32,000 nt of DNA from Thermococcus kodakarensis KOD1 (lineage in GTDB: Archaea; Methanobacteriota_B; Thermococci; Thermococcales; Thermococcaceae), in contig NC_006624.1 of the NCBI RefSeq assembly GCF_000009965.1, forward strand, positions 1,440,001 through 1,472,000, read 5' to 3'. Of the stretch, positions 8,616-15,591 are shown piece after piece. Within the stretch, counting starts at the first letter, position 1. Every line of letters begins with the position of its first letter. Both the position numbers and the translations under genes were made by a program. The notes under the pieces are model-generated. The model saw only the letters and a list, made by a program, of their open reading frames with translations. It was not told the origin of the DNA and ran no database searches.

Positions 8616-9038
8616 ATGGAGATAAGGACGCATAAGCTCGCCTCGGAGAGGCTTCTTGGAAAGCCCGTGAAAGTTGGACCGCCCGAAGCTGAAGTCATTC
8701 TGGAAACTACTGAGGAGATGGCCGTTGACGAATACGGACTCGTTCACGGCGGCTTCACGTTCGGGCTGGCCGACTACGCAGCGATGCTGGCCGTGAACGA
8801 GCCGACGGTCGTTCTCGGAAAAGCAGAAGTGAGGTTCCTCAAGCCTGTGAAAGTCGGGGAGAGGCTTCTGGCGAGGACAAGAATTTTAGAGAACTCAGGA
8901 GGGGGTGTGGGGGACGGAACGTCCCCCCAAAGGAAGAAAGTGGTGAAGGGTGAAGTCTTCAACGAAAAAGGAGAAAAAGTGTTCGAGGGGACGTTCCACT
9001 GCTACGTCCTGGAGAAGCACGTGCTGGAGAAGGGTTAA
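8616..9038 (+). CDS. Hotdog-fold acyl-CoA thioesterase (PaaI/YbgC-like)
   Basis: From ATG 8616 (GGTGG upstream): ...EYGLVHGGFTFGLADYAAMLAVN...GKAEVRFLKPVKVGERL is the typical PaaI-type motif. The track's 57-codon N-terminal extension is antisense to the neighbouring gene. Confidence 0.8.
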   Translation: MEIRTHKLASERLLGKPVKVGPPEAEVILETTEEMAVDEYGLVHGGFTFGLADYAAMLAVNEPTVVLGKAEVRFLKPVKVGERLLARTRILENSGGGVGDGTSPQRKKVVKGEVFNEKGEKVFEGTFHCYVLEKHVLEKG

Positions 9039-9520
9039 GAAAGCAAAACAACCGCTCCAAACAAAGCCGCCTGGAGAACGCAGAGAGCAGTAAGAGTCCA
9101 GACTAAGGGGTTGAACTTCTCACTTTTACGGAATTCTTCTTTTCTGGCCAGTAATATCGACAGAACATCGAAGGTCAAAAAGGACAGAAAGCCTACTGCA
9201 TCCATGCGAAACGCCATTAGCAATGAGAGAGTCAGACTCAGAACGCCGACCGCAGTTAGAAAGGGAGCGATGGCCCCTAGATGCTTGATCTTCTCGGGAT
9301 AAAGCAGGCCAGCGAGCAGGAAAAACGACAGAGGTACTGGAAGGTAGAGGAAGAATATAACGATCATCAGACCAAAGGACACATACCTACCCTCGTTCTC
9401 AGCTGGAAGTTGGGGGAGTGAAAATCTAGCGTGGAGAACCATCAGTATCTCGGCCACCAGCATCAGAACTCCGATGGTTGCGAAAAGTACGGGGAGTGCT
9501 CTGAACCTCTTGCCCTTCAT
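9035..9520 (-). CDS. Polytopic membrane protein (161 aa), unknown function
   Basis: ORF track; 4-5 hydrophobic helices. Divergent from the PadR gene. Confidence 0.65.
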   Translation of the reverse strand: MKGKRFRALPVLFATIGVLMLVAEILMVLHARFSLPQLPAENEGRYVSFGLMIVIFFLYLPVPLSFFLLAGLLYPEKIKHLGAIAPFLTAVGVLSLTLSLLMAFRMDAVGFLSFLTFDVLSILLARKEEFRKSEKFNPLVWTLTALCVLQAALFGAVVLLS

Positions 9521-9558
9521 CAGTGGTAATTAGACAGAAACTCTTTTATACATTTCTA

Positions 9559-9582
9559 TCGAAATCCGATATCGGTGTTCGA
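9559..9582. promoter_or_regulatory. Imperfect 24-bp palindrome (core CCGATATCGG, 9566-9575) between a TATA-like box (TTTTATA, 9544-9550) and the PadR start: candidate operator
   Basis: tcgaaatCCGATATCGGtgttcga read directly. The 10-bp core is perfect and the outer arms match 5/7. Confidence 0.45.
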
Positions 9583-9883
9583 TATGATAAAGAGGGTTCT
9601 CCTCGGCTTCATGGGCATCCATATACTCCACCACGCGAGCAAAGGAGAGGTGACGGGCTCGTTCATGATGGAAGAGCTGAAGAGACACGGGTACAGCGTG
9701 AGCCCTGGCACGATCTATCCGCTCCTTCACAGGATGGAGGAGTTGGGCCTGCTGGAGAGCCAGTGGGGAGTCAAAAACGGAAAGCGCGTCCGACTTTACA
9801 GGACGACACCCGAGGGGGAGGAGCTTCTCAAACGGGCAAAGGAAAAAGTCCGTGAGCTATGCTCAGAACTCTTGGAGGAGTGA
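9575..9883 (+). CDS. PadR-family winged-helix transcriptional regulator
   Basis: GFMGIHILHHASKGEVTGSFMMEELKRHGYSVSPGTIYPLLHRMEELGLLES...RVRLYRTTPEGEE is a typical PadR wHTH. The true start may be ATG 9584 rather than GTG 9575. Its stop lies 3 nt before the MFS gene. Confidence 0.85.
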   Translation: MFDMIKRVLLGFMGIHILHHASKGEVTGSFMMEELKRHGYSVSPGTIYPLLHRMEELGLLESQWGVKNGKRVRLYRTTPEGEELLKRAKEKVRELCSELLEE

Positions 9884-9886
9884 GCC

Positions 9887-11083
9887 ATGGGAAACGGAGA
9901 AAAGGGTACAAATGAGCGAAAAATCTTTGGAATAAGCTGGAACGTCTTCCTGCTCGGAATAGTCAGCTTCCTGAACGATATGAGCAGCGAGATGATAAGC
10001 CCAATAGTGCCGAGCTACCTTACCGACGTTCTCGGGGAAGGCAAGCTTATCAGCGGTTCGATTATGGGTGCCATAGAGAGCATGAGCTCCCTCTTCAAGG
10101 TGGCGTTCGGCTACGTAAGCGACCGCTTTAAGAAAAGGAAGGCTTTCGTATTCATCGGCTACGCACTCTCAACCCTCGCCAAGGGGGCCCTGGCTTTCAC
10201 CCGCTCTTGGTGGGACTTTCTGACGCTGAGGGCACTTGACAGGATAGGTAAGGGAATAAGGACGGCGCCGAGGGACGCTCTAATAGCCGAGTCAAGCGAG
10301 AAAGGTAAGAGCGGCAAGTCCTTCGGCTTTCACAGGATGATGGACACGCTAGGAGCAGTAGCTGGCCCGCTCGTCGCCATAGGCATCCTCAAGCTCCTCG
10401 AAGGCCTGCCGGTTGAAAAGGCCTACCGCTACGTCTTCCTGCTGTCAGCAGTTCCGGGGCTGATCTCACTCTTAGTTATTCTGCTCTTCGTTAAGGACAG
10501 AGGGGCTGAGGTCAAAAAGAAGATAACCGGAATCTCAACGCTCAGGGACAGAAACCTGCAGCTCTTCCTCGCGGTCGTTGCCCTTGGAGCTCTCGGAAGG
10601 TACAGCTACGCCTTTACCCTCTGGAAGGCGGAGGAGCTCGGCTACACGGTCGTTCAAGGAATGGCATTCTACGCCCTCTTCAACACAATCTACGCGCTCT
10701 CGGCATACCCAATAGGCATCTACTCTGACAGGCTCGGGAAGAAGAGGATGATAACGGCTGGCTTTGCCGTTGCAGCCTTGGCTTCCCTAGCCTTTGCCTA
10801 CGCCAGAGACCTGGCAACTCTGGTTGGTGCGTTCGCCCTCTACGGCCTCTACATAGCGATTGAGGACACCGTTCCGAGGGCTTACATGGCAGATCTAGCC
10901 AAGGACTACGAAAAGGGTACTATAATAGGTGCCTACCATACAGTTTTCGGTCTCTTCGTGCTTCCGGCTTCGGTGATAGCTGGCTACCTGTGGAAGACGT
11001 ATTCCCTGACATACAGCTTCCTTTTTTCCGCGGCGATGAACCTGCTGGCACTCGTCCTTATGTTGCTCGTCCCCGAACGCTGA
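9887..11083 (+). CDS. MFS transporter (12-TM class)
   Basis: 398 aa polytopic protein. MFS loop-2/3 type motif DRFKKRK and a second-half repeat DRLGKKR. Forms an operon with PadR. Confidence 0.85.
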   Translation: MGNGEKGTNERKIFGISWNVFLLGIVSFLNDMSSEMISPIVPSYLTDVLGEGKLISGSIMGAIESMSSLFKVAFGYVSDRFKKRKAFVFIGYALSTLAKGALAFTRSWWDFLTLRALDRIGKGIRTAPRDALIAESSEKGKSGKSFGFHRMMDTLGAVAGPLVAIGILKLLEGLPVEKAYRYVFLLSAVPGLISLLVILLFVKDRGAEVKKKITGISTLRDRNLQLFLAVVALGALGRYSYAFTLWKAEELGYTVVQGMAFYALFNTIYALSAYPIGIYSDRLGKKRMITAGFAVAALASLAFAYARDLATLVGAFALYGLYIAIEDTVPRAYMADLAKDYEKGTIIGAYHTVFGLFVLPASVIAGYLWKTYSLTYSFLFSAAMNLLALVLMLLVPER

Positions 11084-11088
11084 TGTCA

Positions 11089-11132
11089 TTTTGACAAACT
11101 TTTTTCCAACATTCCCATATTTTTTGTCAAAA
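11089..11132. repeat. 10-bp inverted repeat TTTTGACAAA (11089-11098) / TTTGTCAAAA (11123-11132), 24-nt spacer, in the MFS-asparaginase intergenic region
   Basis: Read directly. The right arm overlaps a T/A-rich TATA-like stretch ~45 nt upstream of the asparaginase ATG. Confidence 0.5.
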
Positions 11133-11172
11133 AGACTAAAAAGGGAAGGACGTAGAAGATGCGGGTGGGGAC

Positions 11173-12159
11173 ATGAAACTTCTGGTTCTCGGCACGGGGG
11201 GCACCATAGCGAGTGCAAAGACGGAGATGGGATACAAGGCAGCGCTCAGTGCAGATGATATCCTTCAGCTGGCGGGCATTAGGCGAGAAGACGGTGCCAA
11301 GATAGAAACCCGGGACATCCTGAACCTTGACAGCACTCTCATACAGCCAGAGGATTGGGTGACTATCGGACGGGCGGTTTTTGAGGCTTTTGATGAATAC
11401 GACGGTATAGTAATAACACACGGAACAGACACACTCGCCTACACTTCTTCCGCCCTTAGCTTCATGATAAGGAATCCGCCGATACCCGTTGTTCTGACCG
11501 GTTCAATGCTCCCGATAACCGAGCCAAACAGCGACGCACCCAGAAACCTTAGAACGGCACTCACCTTTGCAAGGAAAGGATTTCCCGGGATATACGTGGC
11601 TTTCATGGACAAGATAATGCTCGGGACGCGCGTTTCTAAGGTTCACTCCCTCGGCCTCAACGCCTTTCAGAGTATCAATTACCCAGACATAGCCTACGTG
11701 AAGGGTGACGAAGTCCTCGTTAGACATAAGCCCAGAATTGGGAATGGTGAACCATTGTTTGATCCAGAGCTTGACCCTAACGTTGTCCATATCAGACTTA
11801 CTCCAGGGCTTTCACCGGAGGTTCTTAGGGCAGTCGCCAGGGCCACAGATGGAATCGTCCTCGAGGGTTACGGAGCAGGTGGTATCCCATACAGGGGCAG
11901 AAATCTCCTGGAGGTAGTCTCTGAGACAGCGAGAGAAAAACCGGTTGTCATGACGACGCAGGCTCTCTACGGGGGAGTTGATCTGACGCGCTATGAAGTT
12001 GGGAGAAGGGCCCTTGAAGCCGGCGTGATCCCAGCGGGCGACATGACAAAGGAAGCGACTTTGACAAAGCTCATGTGGGCGCTGGGACACACCAGAGATC
12101 TTGAAGAAATCAGAAAAATTATGGAACGAAACATCGCGGGCGAAATCACTGGGAGTTAA
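11173..12159 (+). CDS. ansA: L-asparaginase, type I (cytosolic) family
   Basis: LGTGGTIAS (nucleophile Thr motif), ITHGTDTLAYT (second Thr), 328 aa. The sequence matches my memory of the characterised T. kodakarensis asparaginase. GGGTGGGGAC RBS. Confidence 0.95.
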   Translation: MKLLVLGTGGTIASAKTEMGYKAALSADDILQLAGIRREDGAKIETRDILNLDSTLIQPEDWVTIGRAVFEAFDEYDGIVITHGTDTLAYTSSALSFMIRNPPIPVVLTGSMLPITEPNSDAPRNLRTALTFARKGFPGIYVAFMDKIMLGTRVSKVHSLGLNAFQSINYPDIAYVKGDEVLVRHKPRIGNGEPLFDPELDPNVVHIRLTPGLSPEVLRAVARATDGIVLEGYGAGGIPYRGRNLLEVVSETAREKPVVMTTQALYGGVDLTRYEVGRRALEAGVIPAGDMTKEATLTKLMWALGHTRDLEEIRKIMERNIAGEITGS

Positions 12160-12377
12160 GCAAGCTTTTTCAGCTCATCATCTCCCACGATAAGGGGTCT
12201 CTTTGACTCAATGACATAGCTGAGCTCCCAGGTTACCTCGCCTTTGTTCATCAGCTCGGCGTAGCGTCTGGCCTTCTCTTCTGCCTCTTCAAGGCTCTCA
12301 GCCTCAATGATCCTCCTCACATACCACTTCCTGTCTCCAAAGCGGAGCTTGAACTCTGCCATGAACATGGGCACCAC
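12156..12377 (-). CDS. Hypothetical small protein (73 aa or shorter)
   Basis: ORF track only. Start ambiguous (several Met near the N-terminus). Confidence 0.5.
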   Translation of the reverse strand: MVPMFMAEFKLRFGDRKWYVRRIIEAESLEEAEEKARRYAELMNKGEVTWELSYVIESKRPLIVGDDELKKLA

Positions 12378-12426
12378 CGGAAAACCTAACGTTCACGTGC
12401 TTAAAAAGTTTGAGAGGCTACATAAC

Positions 12427-12681
12427 TCAAAGCTCGGCGGCCATGTAAACGCCGTCCCGCTCAAAGGCCTCGTAGGTTTTCGTGCCTTCCTTTGTGTGCA
12501 GCTCAACGACCACTTTTTTGGGCCTCTTCTCAACTTCGACTTCAACCTTTCTGTCGCTGAGAACCTGAATGTAGGCATCTCCGCGGCGCTCGAACTCAAA
12601 GACCAGGGTATCTCCGTCCCAGCGGTGTCCCCTAAAATCGACACCGCCCATCCGAAACGTAACTTCCAGGGTAACCTTCAT
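12427..12681 (-). CDS. Hypothetical small beta-rich protein (84 aa)
   Basis: ORF track. The antisense ORFs in the same interval have low-complexity products. Confidence 0.55.
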   Translation of the reverse strand: MKVTLEVTFRMGGVDFRGHRWDGDTLVFEFERRGDAYIQVLSDRKVEVEVEKRPKKVVVELHTKEGTKTYEAFERDGVYMAAEL

Positions 12682-12731
12682 GTTTGTACCTCCAGTACTG
12701 ATAGAGGGCGGGAGTTATAAACGTTGACATT

Positions 12732-13382
12732 CTAAAGTCCAAACGCGCCCTTTATGCCGTTGATTATCATCTGAACTGCCATTGATGTCAGTATCAGACC
12801 CATCATCCTCGTCATCACCTTGATCCCGACCCGCCCAAGCCGGGCCTTTATCCTGTTGGCGGAGCAGAGAACGAACCAGACGGTAATCCCAATCAGGATT
12901 ATCGTCAGAATTACCGCGAACCTCTGAAGGTTGGTCGTGCTTTTGGCCATGTAGAGCATAACCGTCGTTATCGCACCCGGGCCGGAGATAAGTGGTATCG
13001 CCAGCGGAATTATTGCAACTTCCTCAAGAGTTACAACTTCCTCGCTGAACTCCTCGGTTTCTTCGTTGCTGATCTTTACCGATGACAGCTTTCCGGAGAG
13101 CATATCGAGGGCCATCCTGAATAACAGTATCCCACCTGCTATGGCAAACGCATCTGTGCTCGACCCGAAGAACTTGAATATCCACTGCCCGAGCAGGGCG
13201 AAGACCACAAGGGTTGCAACTACCGATATGGCTGTCTTAGATGCGATCTCCCTCCGCTCCCTCCAGGACAGGTCGTGGGTAACGCTCAAAAAGACGGGGA
13301 CTGCACCCACGGGGTTCGTTATCGCAAACAAGCCTCCGTAGAGAAGTATCAGATACTTGAGAAACTCCACCACTTCTAACAT
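12732..13382 (-). CDS. MarC family (UPF0056) integral membrane protein
   Basis: 216 aa, 6 TM. The N-terminal LFAITNPVGAVPVFL motif is typical of MarC/UPF0056. Confidence 0.85.
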   Translation of the reverse strand: MLEVVEFLKYLILLYGGLFAITNPVGAVPVFLSVTHDLSWRERREIASKTAISVVATLVVFALLGQWIFKFFGSSTDAFAIAGGILLFRMALDMLSGKLSSVKISNEETEEFSEEVVTLEEVAIIPLAIPLISGPGAITTVMLYMAKSTTNLQRFAVILTIILIGITVWFVLCSANRIKARLGRVGIKVMTRMMGLILTSMAVQMIINGIKGAFGL

Positions 13383-13489
13383 GCCACCACCAACACCGAT
13401 ATGTTAAAGCGGTTAAAAATGTCCCGCCCAATTGAGCAGTTACAACAAAAACTTTTTTAAGGGCAAAAGTTACTTTTTATTGATGTATT

Positions 13490-13765
13490 ATGGGACACAC
13501 GATTTATTATAATACTTCGATACAAAAATGGTGCGGATTCAAGAAATTCATGAGGAGAGTATGTTCTGGCGTTGGTTATCAGTTAAAAGAAGAGAAAGGA
13601 ACTCTCATAATATTTCCCCAGAAGAGGGGCGTCGAACCCCTCAGAATCAAAAAAGAGGGGGATGGCTTCGCTAAGACCAACCTAATCGAGCCAGAGCACT
13701 CGATATACCTGCTGATACTTCACTCGGTTTCGTCCTTTGGCTCGGTCTCCGTTTGGGAGGATTGA
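13490..13765 (+). CDS. Questionable hypothetical ORF (91 aa)
   Basis: ORF track only. AT-rich, no RBS noticed, and its 3' end overlaps the last operon gene by 46 nt (convergent). Confidence 0.3.
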   Translation: MGHTIYYNTSIQKWCGFKKFMRRVCSGVGYQLKEEKGTLIIFPQKRGVEPLRIKKEGDGFAKTNLIEPEHSIYLLILHSVSSFGSVSVWED

Positions 13766-14472
13766 GTGTCAAGGTAAACTTCAAGTATCCTAATGGGTCT
13801 GGAGCTCCTGAACACCCGCTCTTCCACGAGTAGCTTAACAACAACCCCAGGCTCGGCATCAGGAACCGCGGGCACCCAGTAATAGCCGGGTTTAACGTTG
13901 GCTGCCATGTCGTCGTGGACAAAGACCTTAACCAGGTCGTTCTTGACTTCCTCGACGACGCCGTAGGTGTAGTCCCTGCCGTAGCGAGACTTAAAGTAGT
14001 GACGGAAAAGGATAACTACAAGTCCAATAACGCCAAGGTATGCGTAGTACCAGTAGGCATCCAGAGATAGCCTCCTCAAAAGTACGTATCCCACATACGA
14101 AACAAAAGCTATGGTGCTAACCACAAGATAGAACACCCGATAAGCCTCAAAATCCAAAATGTAATCAGAGTACCGCACGAGAATAAATCTCAAAACTAGG
14201 AAATAGAAAGCGCTGAGAATTATTAGGGCTAGAAAGTAACCGAGATAAGCTACAACCACGCCGGTTACTAGGTATCCTAAGAATATCAACTGGAGCAGCA
14301 AACTAGTGACCTCATGGGGAGTCATCCACTGTTTTTGTATTGGCCACGACTTGGGTGGACGAGCTGAGGGGATTGGCTTGAGCATCATTTTCATGACTCC
14401 AGCAGTTCTTTTAGCAACTTTCTCTACTCTCTCCCCAATACTATAAAGGATATCTCCCACGTCCAATTTCAT
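13720..14472 (-). CDS. Operon gene 10: 4-TM membrane protein with a C-terminal soluble beta-rich domain and acidic tail
   Basis: ATG 14472 abuts the stop of the upstream gene (TGAATG). Four TM helices between residues ~55-160, then YGVVEEVKNDLVKVFVHDD...VVVKLLVEERV. Confidence 0.75.
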   Translation of the reverse strand: MKLDVGDILYSIGERVEKVAKRTAGVMKMMLKPIPSARPPKSWPIQKQWMTPHEVTSLLLQLIFLGYLVTGVVVAYLGYFLALIILSAFYFLVLRFILVRYSDYILDFEAYRVFYLVVSTIAFVSYVGYVLLRRLSLDAYWYYAYLGVIGLVVILFRHYFKSRYGRDYTYGVVEEVKNDLVKVFVHDDMAANVKPGYYWVPAVPDAEPGVVVKLLVEERVFRSSRPIRILEVYLDTQSSQTETEPKDETE

Positions 14473-15591
14473 TCACCCGGATGCATTATCAAATAGGGCC
14501 TTTTTAGTATAATTATCGAGTTGGAACCGTCGCTGTTCAGGACTAACAGGCGTTCCGGTAACATTACAGCTATACGGGGGAACTACGCATTTGAGGAAGT
14601 AGTAGTCAACACTGTCATAGTTATCTGGGATTGAGCCCCCAATGCTCTGAATAGCACCTAGAAGCGCTTTATCAATAGTTCGGTTAGGAACAATAAACGT
14701 TGTAAGGCCCACAGGAGTGGGCTTCATCCCAAGGGCATTTTGAAAAGTCTCAGCAAGATGAAGATAATAGCTGTGGTGGCCATTTGGATTCGTGTTCACA
14801 GTTCCTTCAAATCTCTCAAGCACAGTCGGATAGTATACTCCTGCAGAGGCATTGTCATAGAGTCCTACATAGCACCAGTTCAGGACAAGTTCGTTTATAT
14901 CCTCAGATTTGTTGACATTATAGTAACCATATTCTTCTCCAGGATACGGAATTCTACATGGTTCTATTATTCTTGTGTATAGACCGTTCAGCATTCTAAC
15001 AATGAACGGATCTTCAAAACCCTCAACACTTACTATCGAGTACACGTAACCGTTGGCGGGAAAATCGCCCGAGTACCGTACTCTACCTGAGCTATCAGTT
15101 ATTGTTATATTCCTTAACTTCACTCTAACAGCAACGTGGAACGAGTCAACAGGCCCGATAAGCATCTCCATGTGAGAATTAAAAAGTTCCTCCGGGGTAG
15201 ATGGCTCAATACTCATCCCCATTGAGGAGAGATAATTAACAAAATTAGAATACCAGGACTCCAGAGTGACACCCCCCATAGTAGGACTGATATTCCCACC
15301 TATTGTTCCATACTTCATAAGCTCTTCTAGGGCTTCAGATGCATTTGAGACAAAGCTGTGGTTGATAACGTACTCAGTGAGGGCGATGTATGCCCTCTTG
15401 AAGCTCAAATCAACGGCATTCTGAAGGTCGTCCCTTAGGGTGACAGTGCTGAAATACTGCCTCTCCATCAGACCCCTCTCAGCTTGATTCACAACGACGG
15501 CGCTGGAAATGCTCTCGTAAGTTGCGGCAAGGAGAAGGAGTGGTATCAGGAGGAGCAGCACGGTCATGTTTATTAGGTACCCCCTGCGCAT
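14473..15591 (-). CDS. Operon gene 9: secreted/anchored protein (372 aa) with a degenerate class III-like N-terminus MRRGYLINMTVLLLLIPLLLLAA
   Basis: I prefer ATG 15591, which shares one base with the upstream TGA (TGATG) and is preceded by GGAGGGGAGGC. Many N-x-S/T sequons. Confidence 0.75.
   Translation of the reverse strand: MRRGYLINMTVLLLLIPLLLLAATYESISSAVVVNQAERGLMERQYFSTVTLRDDLQNAVDLSFKRAYIALTEYVINHSFVSNASEALEELMKYGTIGGNISPTMGGVTLESWYSNFVNYLSSMGMSIEPSTPEELFNSHMEMLIGPVDSFHVAVRVKLRNITITDSSGRVRYSGDFPANGYVYSIVSVEGFEDPFIVRMLNGLYTRIIEPCRIPYPGEEYGYYNVNKSEDINELVLNWCYVGLYDNASAGVYYPTVLERFEGTVNTNPNGHHSYYLHLAETFQNALGMKPTPVGLTTFIVPNRTIDKALLGAIQSIGGSIPDNYDSVDYYFLKCVVPPYSCNVTGTPVSPEQRRFQLDNYTKKALFDNASG

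Noticed and set aside
13383-13489. AT-rich spacer upstream of marC and the doubtful 13490 ORF, as a possible integration scar at the operon's distal end
   Set aside because: It contains only T/A runs consistent with divergent promoters. I saw no repeats, att-like sequence or tRNA fragment.
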